Notes: generated by a model not told the origin, from the letters alone. A stretch of DNA of 63,617 bases, filler included, from Reticulomyxa filosa (GCA_000512085.1; 19 parts of 19 records of this genome joined end to end with filler, not necessarily neighbours in it); one strand, 5' to 3'. Counted from the whole stretch's first letter, positions 25,513 to 39,950 are shown. Numbers and translations: made by a program.

Positions 25513-26841
25513 AGTGATCCAGAGAGCAAAGAGGTAGACACTTCAAAGAAAGACAAGAATGGGGCTAAAAAGCATTTGACAATGGCGGATGTAAATGCAT
25601 CTATATTTATGATCGGACATAACAGATATTTCATTGATCGTTGCTCAACTATGTTTTCAAAAGTTTTGGAATATATCCAAACAGGAGTATATCATGATGA
25701 TGGTATGCGAACTGAGACTGACACGTACAAAATGTTCTTTTGGAACGACAAATGGATTGATCCCATGAAATATACCTTGGAGTGTAGCCATGGAGATCAA
25801 TCCAACTTTGATTGGTTGCCCCAAATGCAATTCTCATGGCTCCAATTATGGCTTGGCGATATCTCACCGAAATTACAAGAGCGTCTAGATTTTTTGGGCA
25901 AATTTTTGGATGAATGTTTGTTTTATCAATTACAGGATTTGATTCCTGTCATCCAAAGTTTTGTGTGAATATATGAATATATGTTTTTGTTTTTTAATTT
26001 GATATAAGGATCAAACATTACATAAGTTTTTTTTTTTTGGCGGGGGGGGTGTGGAAAAGATAAAATAATGGTATCTCAAAAGAACTTTGAAAGAATGCAA
26101 ACAGTTGTAAAACGTTGGATGAAATGGCCAAAGTTTTTGTCACCATTGTTTGGACCAAAGTATAATAGTACTGATGACAACGAAGAGAGAGATTTGTCAT
26201 GGCTCGACAGAGACACGATATTTGGCGGAATTCGACGTATTCCATTCAGCCGTATTGCTTTTGCGGTTTCCAAAGATAACTATTGCCATTTTTCCGTCCG
26301 CTTTGATGCACCAAAAGGGTATCGATGGGGATCCCAAGCTGATTACTTGGATGAATATCAACGCCGGGACTTGACTGGTATTCGAACTTGGATTCATCAC
26401 GGTATGTTTGTGTACATTGCACACACAATACATGCATATACGCGCATAAATGTATATGTATATGTATGGATATATGAATTTCCTCTTCACTTTCTCTCTT
26501 TCTTCTCTTGTTCAAACTTAATTCCATCAAAAAAGTATGGTTGCTTTTGTCCAGGACAAGGTGGCTGGAAAGAATATGAATGGAAATTAGTAAAAAAAGT
26601 AGCATTTATATTTCGAGATACGTTTGAGTGTGGACGATTTGTACATTCTGGAATGGCAGTTGGTGATATCAGTCATGTGTATTGCCTGTTGCAATCACAA
26701 AACGAAGACTTGCTTGAATATGACGAACGTCGTGGCATTGTTCAAGGATTTGCGGGACTGGTATTGCTGAGTGATGATATCTACGCACCTTCTCGCGAGA
26801 GTGCCGAGTATAAGGAATTTATTAACAGTTATAACAGAGCT
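25513..26841 (+). CDS. BTB/POZ (KCTD/T1-type) domain protein, partial, multi-exon
   Basis: YFIDRCSTMFSKVLEYIQTG and LDECLFYQLQDL match T1-BTB motifs (FIDRD..F..IL.YLRTG; EA.FYQL..L) with an insertion between them; C-terminal exons unrecognised. Confidence 0.65.
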
Positions 26842-26941
26842 NNNNNNNNNNNNNNNNNNNNNNNNNNNNNNNNNNNNNNNNNNNNTTAATTAATTAANNN
26901 NNNNNNNNNNNNNNNNNNNNNNNNNNNNNNNNNNNNNNNNN

Positions 26942-26942
<1 letters not shown>

Positions 26943-26982
<40 letters not shown>
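26943..26982. repeat. (TA)n microsatellite at a contig end; similar at 60312-60352; (GA)n/(GT)n at 38537-38552 and 38849-38872
   Basis: Read directly from the sequence; all are intronic. Confidence 0.9.
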
Positions 26983-26983
<1 letters not shown>

Positions 26984-27018
26984 TTATCTATTTGGTTTTT
27001 GATAATGTTTTGACCAGT

Positions 27019-27933
27019 GCAGCACATATGCATTGGTCGGTGATCGGCATTGCGACGACGTTGATTGTGCTGGCCTTGTATTTTTTGCACCGCTGTGCGT
27101 GGATGGACCCAGGATACATTCCTCGAAGCAATCTGTCTGCTCCCAATTCGCCCAACGAGCTCGTGAAAAGTGACGGCTCGAGGTTTTGCGAGACTTGCTG
27201 CATTTGGAGACCTCCTCGCGCAAAGCACTGTCGCTATTGCAACGCCTGTGTCATGGGCTTTGATCATCACTGTCCTTGGATTGGCACTTGCATTGGACAT
27301 CGCAACTACAAACACTTTGCCTTGTTCTTGTTTTTCATTTGCGCCGAGTGCATATGGTGTTGTTTCACCTGTCTGGCCTATTTGGTTCATCTTGCCCATC
27401 TCTTAGCAGATAACCAAGACGACACTCACAGTTTTTTTTTTTTTTTTTTCCTTTTTCCATTTTTCGATTTGTTTATATTTCTATGTATGCATGTGGTGCA
27501 TGTAAATGTTAAGTACGTTGCAATTTTGGTGTTGTTGTTAATCGGGAAACGGACCTTTGAATAGATATGCATTGGACAAAACACTTTTTCCAAGCCATTT
27601 ACTCCAATTTAATTGTGACCTTTGTAACTTGCATTTGCGGGTTCGTTCTACTGTCTGTCGCAAGTCTGGCGTTTTATCATTGCCAATTGATATCCATTGC
27701 CCAAACTACCAATGAAAATGTTTTGTGTGTGTGTGTGTATACATTTGTAATGTACATGCTTTTCATTCATTTATTCTAATTTTTTTAAAAAAATATAAAA
27801 AATCGCCCAATGTAACAAACAGATTCGGCAAGTGTACAAAAACTTGAAAGACAACCCTCGCAATTATGGGTGGAAACAAAACTGCTTCAATACTTTTTGC
27901 AGTGACATACCACAAAGTTTTATCGGGGGCTGA
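27019..27933 (+). CDS. DHHC palmitoyl (S-acyl) transferase, 5'-partial, multi-exon
   Basis: DPG motif, FCETCCIWRPPRAKHCRYCNACVMGFDHHCPWIGTCIGHRNY, TTNE motif, NP.NYG..QN C-terminal motif; stop at 27931-33. Confidence 0.95.
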
Positions 27934-28667
27934 ATTGTTGTTTTCTCAGGTGAAACGTAAACTTGAAATATTATTTTTTCCAACACTTTTTTTTTTTTTT
28001 TTTTTCGTTTCCGTTCACAAAGACAAATAACATTTTTTTTTGTCTATAACTGACTTCACATATTTTTTTTTTGTTTTATTTTTTTCCTCTCTTCTCTCTC
28101 TCAATCACACTAAATCCTATTAAATAGTGCAATTGACAGCGTTGTCGGAGTGTGTAATGTTGGAGTCGTTTATTTGACTCACCAAATGCTGTGAGTATTT
28201 TTGCCCTATCCTAATCCCTAGTATCGCACCTTTTCCTAATACCAAATTTTTGTGTATTTTCTCGTCACTTTCTTTCTCAATTTTTCCTCGACAGACAGTC
28301 GAGAGTCAATTCAACAATCTTATCTAATTATTCTGTGCTTTTTTTCAATATTTGATTTCTACGTCACCGATAAATTTACACATTGCTGGAAATTTTGGAC
28401 AAAGTCCAGGAATGAATTTGTATAAGAACTACTCAATAAAATTTCTGAAACGAATTACATTCGAAAAACTTGCGACTGTGCCAAAATGCATATCGACTAA
28501 TCTACTTTCCAAAAAAATTGGTTCAACTTGTTTTTTGTTCAACGTACCAACGGCACCAAAAGGTTGTCAACATATAACTTTTGTTACTTTTAAAATTTTT
28601 GTGCTTTTTTAGTTGTTTTTTGTAATGAAAAGATATGATAGAAGTTTTCAAAATTGATGTTAGTTAA

Positions 28668-29165
<498 letters not shown>

Positions 29166-29531
29166 TTTGAGTGTTATTGAAATGTAATAAAAAAAAAAGG
29201 GGTTTATTTTTTGAAGGCCACTTGCCAAAAAAGTTGTCTTATTTAGATTTATTTTAATTTAATTTTTTGTATTTAATGAATAATTTTTTCGTAAAAATGT
29301 TTCACAAATTTTCGTAATTTAAACGAACAATACAAACTGTGCTTTTTTTTGATAATTTAAAAAAATCAAAAGCAGAACTGTATTGACATATGACACATGT
29401 TTATCACATTGTTTTGAAGTTTTATTTTGATTATGCCATAAAAATCCAAACTAAAAATGTAGACGTTACAAACCAGGAAAGAAAAAAATAAAACAGACAG
29501 GCGAACTTTGCAAAATTTTGTCTTTCAAAAA

Positions 29532-29850
29532 ATGTCATATGATACGAACTCACGTCCAGAAGCGCCAGTTGATACCGATACATATAGTAGTGGATCGAAC
29601 AGTGAACAAATGAATGATGAGTTTGGTAGCCATTGTTCTTTAGAACACGTCAACAGCGACTCAAAGCGGGATAAGAGGGATAGGAAAAAAAGTAAAACAG
29701 TGATTCGTGGTGATACACATATGTTGTATTGTGCATGTTTTTTTGTGTGTGTGTTTTTTTTTTTGCCCATATTAAAAAACAGAGGCAAAAAAGACGATCT
29801 AAATGAAAGTTGAGTACCTATTGAAGTGTCCAATACTGCGTCAAACTAAA
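29532..29850 (+). CDS. 5' exons of a hypothetical protein (truncated)
   Basis: MSYDTNSRPEAP... ORF followed by an intron-like T-rich segment; no domain recognised. Confidence 0.35.
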
Positions 29851-30029
29851 GAAAAGGGGGTTTTAAAAAAAAAAAAAAAAAAAAAAACCAAACTAAAANN
29901 NNNNNNNNNNNNNNNNNNNNNNNNNNNNNNNNNNNNNNNNNNTTAATTAATTAANNNNNNNNNNNNNNNNNNNNNNNNNNNNNNNNNNNNNNNNNNNNAA
30001 AAAAAAAAAAAAAATTGGGAACATAAAAG

Positions 30030-31627
30030 AAAACAGATAAACCTGCAGAAGCCAAATCTTTGTTGAACAAAAGCAACAGTCAAAACAAAATAGTGAAAAG
30101 CATTTCCAAAGCGAATGGAAACAGTGAAAGAGCACAGCCACTATTCCAAGCACCACCAGGTTGTGAGTCCTTGTTTGATGAGGAAGGCAATTTGGCACCC
30201 GATTTGCAAGCGTTGGGATTGGATCCTAAATTAGTCGAATCCGTCAGCCACGGTAAAACGTGGTATATTTTTTCAATTTTTTTTTTTTTTTCAATACCAA
30301 ACGTATATTTACATGCTTCTATACACGACCCATAAAAAATGAAACCTAAGAGATAATGGAGAACCAACCAAAAGTGACTTGGGATGACATTTGCGGATTG
30401 GACTTTCAGAAAGAACGTATTAAAGAGTGTGTGGTTTGGCCGTTATTGCGTCCAGATATCTTCACGGGGCTGAGAAATCCTCCGAAGGGGGTTCTGTTAT
30501 TTGGACCTCCTGGCACTGGTAAAACACTCATTGCAAAAGGTACATTTTCTCATTTATCCATTATCACAGACAATTCTTTGCACATTTCTTTAACTCAATT
30601 CTTTAATAATAAAAAAAAAGCTATCGCCAATCAAGCGGGAAGAAAATTCTTTGCTATATCAGCTTCCAGTTTGACAAGCAGATGGGTATGTGCGATAACA
30701 AGCTGTAATGAAATTAAAACTTATGTGTACTATATACTTAAAATATATACACATACATATACATTAGTTTGGAGAAGCGGAAAAACTTGTGAAAACATTA
30801 TTTGCGGTTGCCAGACATTTTGAACCAGCTATTATCTTCATCGATGAAATTGGTTTGGCTTTTTGTTTTTTGATTGGTTGGACACACAAATAACAGCTAA
30901 CACACTTTTCATATGAAAAGACTCGTTGCTTTCGCAAAGAAAAGAAGGGGACTTTGAAGCCAGTCGCCGCTTGAAAACAGAGTTCTTGGTTCAAATGGAT
31001 GGCGCTCAGACTCAAAAAGAGAGCCGAATATTGGTAATTGGGGCAACAAACAGACCCCAGGAATTGGATGAAGCAGCACGTCGAAGATTGGTCCGAAAGC
31101 TGTATGTTCCACTGTTAAGTGTGTATGTCTGATATTATCAAAGCGGAAGATCTAAAAAATATATACATTCAAGACAAAAGAAAAGAAAATGTTGGATGCA
31201 CATTGTGCACAAATACGTATATAGTCCTGACAGAAATGGCAGGCTACAGATGTTGAGAATGCTACTAAAGAAAAGCAAACATGAGATTTCAGAAAGTGAA
31301 ATGGAAACTGTTGTTAGTTTAACAGATGGATATAGCGCAGCTGACATTGAAACTCTGGTTATTGAGGCTGCCATGGGTCCATTGAGGAGTGTGTCAAATA
31401 TTGCAGTTTTGAAAAAGAAAAAAAAAATGTTAAGTGTAAAACGATACAAATCGTTTTCTTTTTTTTGTTCGTTTGAATTCTTTCAGACTGTTTCTTCAGA
31501 CGAAGTAAGGTCAATCATTATGGAAGATTTTGAAAAAAGCTTGACCAATATTAAACCTTCAGTATCTGAAAAAGAATTAGTTGCGTATGTTGAATGGAAT
31601 GCAAAATATGGTTCCTCCGCATTATGA
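30030..31627 (+). CDS. FIGNL1: Fidgetin-like 1 / spastin-family AAA+ ATPase, 5'-partial, ~7 exons
   Basis: [40 protein letters not shown] (Walker A), [21 protein letters not shown] (Walker B), [30 protein letters not shown], Vps4_C-like IKPSVS..EL..Y.EWN..YGS. Confidence 0.9.
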
Positions 31628-33149
31628 AAGGCAAATTCGAGAACTTTCAAATTCAACTTACCCCATTCTTCGTGTACAAGCATTTTTTATCGTTTTAGAT
31701 ACATATTGATCAATATTTGAAAAAGAAATTTGATCCAGAGATGTTGTAGTAAGCACAGACATTAAAATATATTACAATCATCTCTACATTGTAATAAACA
31801 CAATTACACTTTTTTTATTTTTAGAGCTTACAACTTTTCACAATCCTAACGTTGCAACCAAAATTCTCACTTATTATTTCTTTTTATTTAACTTTGTTTG
31901 CAATATTTCATCCTTATGTGAAATACTTGTCACAATATTTTCTAAAATTATTAACCAATTAGAAATCAAGAAGTGTTACATGCTACATTCCGTACACTGA
32001 AAATAAACAAAAATATGTTTTATTAGATGCAACTCAAACAAATATATTGATATAAACTTAATAAGATTAAAAAGCTACAATCGGCAACTTATACAAAACA
32101 ATATTATACAAATCGAAAAACTGTACAAAAATAGCGATTCAATGCCAAGAAAATGCTAAAGTATAATCGGACAAAAATTAATTCCAATAAAATATTAAAA
32201 TATTGCAGAAGTCATTTTTCAGAAATTTTCTAATATCTTTTTTTCGTACTTTTTAAGATTACATAGCAAAAAATTAATATGCACATACACAATTACAACG
32301 TGTAATAGCCTTACTAGCAAATAGTAACACTTTTTAGAAAATTTGCTTAATGTCTCCGATAGAAACTGCGCTAACAGCTTTTTTGGGTGATACAAGACAT
32401 TTCCAACAATGCAATTTATAACGTTATGTTATTGCATGATAGTGGAATATAATATAAAACTGTTCACATAATATAACGCTTTAGGCTGTTATAACGCGAC
32501 TGTAAATCCAGTGTGATAGCAAAAATATGTACAACATGAATTTTTTTATTAATATGCAATATTGCTAATTATGGCAATTGAGTGTATTAAAACGGAATTT
32601 TTTTCCCAGTTGCACGCGGAGTGTGGCGCACTCAGTGAAAAAAAAAAACCACTTAATCGAAATGTATTTCTCACTCATATCACAAAATCCATGCAAACAC
32701 ACAAACACAAGCACTACAGGCCAGTTATAAAAATTCTGTCAAAGTTACAGTATTAAAAAAAAAATAACCAACACAAGGTTAAAAACGTCTTCATCTTTGT
32801 AAAGATAAATAACTAGCTTTTATAACATAAAGGGGAAAAAAAAGTTGCGAAAGCACAGACTAGCCTATCACAGTGTCGTGAGTGAATAGAATTGAAAGCT
32901 ACCAGCAAATACAAATCAAAAGTAGTCTTCTTGTCTTGCACATCAAAATGAAAAGTGTGACTTTTTTCCTTTTTTCCTAAGGAAAAAAGAAGAGAGAGAA
33001 GAAGAGGAGGGATGGAGATGAGAGGAACAACGTAATAATTTTATCTTTTGGATATGTGATGGCTAACAAGGTATATTGCATTTGAGTTGAAAAGTTGTGA
33101 TTTCGTGATCTGTGATTAAAATGAAGGAGAAATTATATATAATAAAATA

Positions 33150-34544
33150 TAAAAGGATTAATTTAGCAGAGCAAAAAGAGAACAAAGTGAGATCTCAACT
33201 CCATTAAACCGGAAACGTCAAGGACTCGCTGGAAGTTGTTCGAATAGATTGCTTCAAATAATAACCACAATACAACGACCAAGGCTATGATTCATCCAAA
33301 CACGTTATTATATAAATATATACATATATATATATATATAGTTGGATTTGTTTTGCTCAAACCACCACAAGTAGCATCCTTTTGTCAATGCGATACGAGG
33401 GATATGAAAAAGAGAGATAGATAAGGAAAGGAATAAGAGAGGAGAGAAAAAAAGTAAATTAAGATTAGTGTTTATTATTATTGTTGTATTTTTTTGTTTG
33501 TTTGATAATGTTTGTTTTGTGTAATGCGATTCCAAACTACAATTATTAATTCTTCCACAAACCCTGCAGCCAATAACAAACCACAATAAGCATGGCAGCC
33601 ATCCTGCACGTAGGCAGCAATGGCACCAAGATTTTTCAAGAATTCTAATAACAGTAATGCCAAGTACTTGATTTGATTATTATCCATTTATTCAGTTATT
33701 TTAGAAATTTGTTTGAATTATAAGAGCAAATATTGTGTTGATATGCCAATTTTTTTTTTCTTTATACGTTGCACCAAAAAAAAAAAAAAAAAAAATAGAG
33801 GAAAAATAGACAAAAACAAGGAGAAAACAAAAAAAAAAAAAGGGCCACAACTTAACCACATATACAAGTTCCAATCTTCGTTTATATGATGCATACGCAC
33901 CAGAAGTTGCTGCAAACAACCCCAAAATATTTGCCCACCATATATCTGAGTATAGTTGTATTCCCGATGTAACCTATTTTAATGCCCGTTTTTTTTTTAA
34001 AAAAAAAGGGGGTAAAGTTTGACCATTTGATCGGTCTGGTCACTACACGACCAATTTTAATTTTTTTTTATGTATGTTAGCAATGGTATTATTCGCTTCA
34101 GTTTTGCAAACACTTAACGAAAAGCAAAAAACAATTGAAATACACTCTTTTTATCCATTGATTTGTGCCTTTCACACGTGTTTTTGCAGCTTCCCTGGCT
34201 TTATCATATGCTGACTCTGCTATATCTCTTTCGACTTTTCTTAATTCATCGCGACGACTTAGGCTTCCCTCTGTCCGTCGATTTGCATAGTTGTAGTCCT
34301 CTGAATGAAAACGCATGCCAGTTCCATTCTCACTTACATCAAACGACTTTTTCCCATTTGTATTCAAGTGGTCGTGGTCTCCGTTCGTTGTTTCATTCTT
34401 TTCTGTCTCAAATATTTCGCTCATACTTGACTTTGGAGCTGCGCTCATGTTGTCAGGAAGGAGATCAGCGTAGTAGTTTTTTGGGGGTCTGAAAGGGCTC
34501 GACAACTGATCTCTATCTTTGGAGGCACTAGGATGCGCACCCAT
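33150..34544 (-). CDS. Hypothetical multi-pass membrane protein with possible N-myristoylation (MGAHPS), multi-exon
   Basis: Hydrophilic exon 1, then short exons with hydrophobic segments (WWANILGLFAATSGAYASY; YLALLLLEFLKNLGA; YCGLLLAAGFVEELII). 3' end uncertain. Confidence 0.5.
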
Positions 34545-35401
34545 GCGAAAAGGTTGCGTTAAAATATTTATTTAAAAAAACTCACCTGGAGAGCGGACTG
34601 TCAACAATCAACTAAAAAATTACATGGCTTATCACTTATCTTTAAGGTCAATATAATATCCCATTTGAGTGAGCTTTTTGATTTTTTTGCTTTTGTTACA
34701 ACTCCAATGTTTAAAGCGAGAGATTTTACTAAAAACATCATCAATAGCTGTATTTTATTTGCAGTTCTGCAATATCTTGAACAGTACAAGATCTTCATTT
34801 GATTAAAAATTAACGATTTAAAATAAAAACGATAGATTTTTTCAATGCATATCATTTTTTCATTTTTTATTATTACAAAAATATTATTTTTATTAAATAA
34901 TTTTTAATTTTAAGCTTTTGACAAGTGATTTAATTTTGTTTTGTATAATTATTTTTTAATTTACATTTATATAATTCATTTTTTAGCATCGTTGATAATT
35001 TCACTTTTTTTTTTATAACTGCACGTATACAACTTTTTTTTGTAGGTGGTGCCCTTTTTCAAGACACATTGACTTTAAAAATAAAAATATTTGTTTGAAA
35101 GTATGTAATGAAAATGCACAAAGATGCAGGTTTCGTTCTTGTGAGCACAGCGCGAAAAAAAATCATATGAATTGGAGCAACAATTTTCACCTTGAAAAAA
35201 AAACCAAAAAAGGGGAAAACGAAAGAAGACCAAAAATGATTAAAAAATTAGGTCATTTTTTTTTACACAGCAATGAGGAAAAAAAAAGAAACTTCACTTG
35301 GCTTTTTGTAGAAAGACGAAGGAAAAGCACTGCTAGCCAAGAGGAGATAAAAAAAGACAATAATCAACAAGAGAAAGTGAATAAAGAGATGAGTTTGTTT
35401 A

Positions 35402-37262
35402 TCATGCAAGTCGTTTCCATCTCGTCAACAAAGCATTCCAAACACGCTCTTGTTCGTCCTTTCCCATACCCTTTAGTTCGGTGTACGAGTTAACTAAAAT
35501 GGGATGCAGATCTGGATTTGCATAGACATCAAGCAATTCCTCTCGTGTGATTTCTGATTGCCGTAATATAAATACCAGCAGCGTTTCATAAGATTCAGCT
35601 GTCATACATCCCCAGTTGAGTTTCAGTTTTGGGATAAAAAGAAAGTCCATATGTACATATACATATATATGTATACATATATATGTATATGTATATAATA
35701 CCAGCAGCCACGCCAATTTTGCCTTTAGTCAAGGTCGAAGAGCGACTTGGTCTACGATTGTTCGAGGTAGGAGTGGAAGAGGACTCTATTTTTTTTTTTT
35801 TTTTTTTAAAAAAAAAAAGGGACAACAAAACAAAGGAACATTCATGATGATGCTGGTTGATTGACGCACTAGTTAGGACGAAAGAAAACGACAATAAAGG
35901 ATAAGTAAGTATGCATGTTTTCTCCGATTGACCTTCAGCTTTCGTATCATAAGAAGTTGATGGCGTTTTTGCGCCTTGTTTTGCTGCCGGAATTTTGACT
36001 TGATGTTGTGATTTCTCTTCCGGCTCAGGTTCAGGTTCAGGTTCGGGTTCGGGTTCGGGTTCAGGTTCAAGTTCCAGGTTGTGCTCGTGCTCGTGCTCAG
36101 GCTCAGGCTCAGGCTCAGGCTCCGAGTCAGGTGCAGCGTTGCTTGCACTTGGGACAGCGTCGGATGTCCCCCCATTCGCTGAGTGATCATTTGAGCCTTT
36201 TTTGTCCTCGCTGGCTATTTTTGTTGCACCCGATATCGTACCCATATTTTACACGCTTTTGTGTTTCAAAGTTTTGGATATTGTAGGAGACAAGAGTAGG
36301 TGCACAAAAGTAACTTGGAGGATCGACCTTGTATTGCTAGTATTTTTTTTCCCCCCCCCCCATCCCATCCCATTAAAAAAATATGATGTAATTATATCCC
36401 AAAAAAAATTGTGAAAAGTTGAAGGAACATTTGACTTTACTTGTGTCAATTTGACAGAGTCATGTCTCTTGTGATCCTTATCATTCATTTTTCTTCGAAT
36501 TTTTGTTGGGGGTACAAATAAAGCCCTTTTGCCTTCTGTCTGTTTTAAACAATATTTCCACACCGCCACCCCCCCCCGTCCCGCCAAGCACATATAATAA
36601 CAGTGAACCCAATATGTCCCAACTTATGTTCATTTGAGGAAGTATGTAAACATCAGACAATATATATCTGCGGTGAGACAAACTGTGAAATAACGTGTCC
36701 CGTGCACACTACCATCTGATTGTCCAATAGAACCATCCGTCAATTCAACCCCGTACCAAAGTCCAGACCCCAGTTCGGGAATTTCTCCAACGTATCGGAC
36801 AGTCCCCATTCGGTCTTTTGACATCAATACTTCGTCGCCACTTGCATATAAAGGAATTTCCTTTTTCTTTGAAAGTTATGTTCGAGTGATTTTCGTGAAA
36901 GGTAGGGAGAGGGGGGGATGCAAAAAAAAAAAAAAAAAAAACAACTTTTTTTTTTTTGGTCCCCTTTTCAAGAACAGTAATGGAAAAAGAAATTTAAAAA
37001 CCTGTGGCGCAGCTTTCTCCTCTTTTTTCGCTTTCTCTTTGTCATTTTTGCTCTGACTCTTGCTTGGAGTTCTCTCTCTTTCTGTGCTTGTTTCCTCGCT
37101 TGATGCATCGTCCAAACCCAAAACTGCCTTTGCTTGTTCTTGGTTGATTTGCTTCAAGCTTTTGCTCGCTTTTACGAAGCGCACCAAAGTTGTAGCGTCT
37201 TTTGGCTTTTTTTCATATTTTGCTTCATAGGCCTTTAAAGCTGCTTTTGCTGCGTCTGCCAT
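35402..37262 (-). CDS. CAP-Gly domain protein with a Glu-Pro repeat linker, multi-exon
   Basis: GDEVL....GTVRYVGEIPELGSGLWYGVELTDGSIGQSDGSVHGTRYFT..GKRALFV is a CAP-Gly signature; (EP)n at 36020-36125. Confidence 0.88.
36020..36125 (-). repeat. Hexanucleotide coding repeats encoding (EP)n/(EH)n
   Basis: tcaggt/tcgggt/tcaggc/tcgtgc arrays on the + strand. Confidence 0.9.
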
Positions 37263-37664
37263 TGCCTTTTTTTTTGGAATTAGACAAAATAGCCAATGAA
37301 AATCAAATAAAAAAGGTGATGCCCTACAGAACAAGTGAGAACACGCAAAGTGGAGCTGCTCTGTCTAGATGCACAATTTTACATTTTTAAGAAAAAACGC
37401 GAAAAAAAGTTATTAACTGTCACTTTCATATTTTCACTCGAGCATTAAAGTAGTTTCCAAAGTAATGCAAAGTAAATAACTAAAACAGTTCGATCGATTT
37501 GTTTTAACAATGTTTTTAGAAATATTGACAAAAATATTGAAAAATTTCTTTTTTAAGCTTAAGGTGATATTCTTTACTTTCAAAAGACAGCGCATTAACC
37601 TCCAAAAAAAAAAAAAGATTTGTCAGTTGTAAAAGAGAAGGGAGAAAAAAGGAAAAAGAAAAAA

Positions 37665-39950
37665 ATGAAATCTTCAGATAGAAAAAATAATGAAAAGCAA
37701 AGTCAACCTCGTCTCAGTGACATCAAAGGTGTTTCAGTCATCTCATATGTAGATGCCTTTGCGGAGCAATGGACACCAAATATTTACTTGGAAACACGCG
37801 ACGGTGAAGTGTTAGGTCGCGGAATAATGTTGAAAACAGATCACTTTGCACAAACTGAGTCACTGACACACTTATCACTGAACGTGTTGATTTCGGGTGG
37901 GCCAAATTACCGACAAGTGAGGCAAAGAGTTTTTTTTTTAGAAATTTTTTAGTCCGTTCTCAAATGTGATCACTCGAAGATCATAAAAAAAATAAAAATG
38001 GACAGACATTTTGCACATGCAGCAAACAAAAAGAAGAGAGAGGAAAAAAATTTTAATGTCATACAATTTTTTTTTTTTTTAAGAGGTGCTTACTTTTTAA
38101 TATATCTCCCCTTCTTTTTACAAAAAAAAAAAAAAAAAATAGATTCCAAATTTGCCACTGTTTGCAGTGGGTCAGCCAACATTGTTTGGTATTCGCACAA
38201 TTTTGAATTTATTGGTAGGTTCGCCACACATTCGAAAAATAAAGGAACTGACAATGATGAGACGACTGCAGTCAGAAACGCTGTATTCAACGTTTGAAGG
38301 GTCAATGACCCCAGCACGCAGCACACTTGAGCGACAAAAAAGTAATGACGAACTCGAAACTCGGAAGCAATGTGTGTGGATAAATTTACGGCAAGAGCCG
38401 TTGGTGTACATTAACAATCGACCCTTTGTGTTGAGAGAAGATAGTCATCCTTTCCGAAACATGGTATTTTTTATATTATTTATCCATGCCACGTAACATA
38501 GAATTGTATATATATGTCTCTATGTATTACGTGACCGAGAGAGAGAGAGAGAAGCAGGGCTGGGGAACACAACAACTTTTTCAATTGCAAATTCTTTTTT
38601 TTTTAAAAAAGTGTCTTATTATTACACATATATTGGCCATGAATGTGTAATAAATGATAATCACTCGATGTAGAGGACGTTTGATGGGATACGTACAGTA
38701 GACTTGGAAGCCTTGGAAACGCGATTGAAATGGGATGTATTGTCAGAAGCGCGACGAATGGGCAATGTCTTGGTGCATCGTGAGTTTGAATATCAAGTAT
38801 GAGTATGCGTATACATATATATATGTATATGTATGTATGTATATGTATGTGTGTGTGTGAGAGAGAGAGAGAGAAGACATAACAATAATGAATAAATTGA
38901 AATAAACAGAAATTGGCTCCTTGCTGGGAAGCAATAAGTGTAGATACAGTGGAGACATCGAAAGAGCTGTACAGCAAACTACAAGAAGTCGAAGGGTATC
39001 CCGTGCAATATTATCGCGTGGCGGTGCCTCCCGAGACCTCTTGGGAGTGCTATCACTTTGATCAGGTGAGCGATATTGTGCTGCGACACATATTCGACTC
39101 CCCGTTGTTTGTGATCAATTGTCAAATGGGACGCGGTCGATCCACACTCGCGACGATAATTGTACATATGATTTTTCATAAGCTGGGTTTGTTGGACGTG
39201 AAGGATAGCAGTCCGCCTCCTCAACATATGCCGGTGATAAGTTCGGACATGAGTCCTCGCTTCGACGGGGGCCTGTCAGGGTCCTCTCCTCCTCCTCTCC
39301 TCCTCCTCTTCCGTCGGTGCCACAGCTGACATTGCAATCATCTCTTTCTCGAACTATGTTCGAACGACGAAAGAAGCAGATCGAATCGCAAGAAGAGTCT
39401 GGCAACGACACGGTACAAATCCCACGCACATCGAGTATCCTTAGTACCCCTGTGCCGATTATCCGAACGCGATCTGTCCCGCAAGCCTTGTCCGCCGCCA
39501 ATGGCATACCGATCACCCCAGTTACCAATGTCGTGCCTCGACAACAACACCTTCGAAGAGCATCCACTCGCCGAGTGCCCACGCTGCTGACCGCGGGGAA
39601 CGTTCGAAAACCTATCGACGGCGAGTACGAAATCATCCTCAAAATGCTGCGTCTCTTGAAAAATGGAGAGGCTGCCCGAAGGATGGCCGACAAGGCGGTG
39701 GCCGTGTGTGGAGAAACGTACAATTTGCATAAGGACATGAAAGACATTCGAAAAAAGCTGGAAGCTGCAGACACACGTTTGTCCAGAAATTTCTTTCTAT
39801 TTCAAGCCATATACAATACATATGTATATATATTATATGTACGTAAACAGCTGAAGAAGAAGAATTTGCAGTCAAGTCCACCATCTCCGTTATCCATCGT
39901 TATATCATGCTGATTTGTTTTGCTGCTTATTTACTCGATTGTGATGTTTC
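37665..39950 (+). CDS. PALD1: Paladin-like (PTP-like phytase fold) phosphatase, 3'-partial, multi-exon
   Basis: RDGEVLGRGIMLKTDHF, GGPNYRQ, VGQPTLFGI, WINLRQEPLVYINNRPFVLRE, LE.RLK.DVL.EA, Y.RVAV, VINCQMGRGRST (intact CX5R), GEY.II. Confidence 0.88.
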
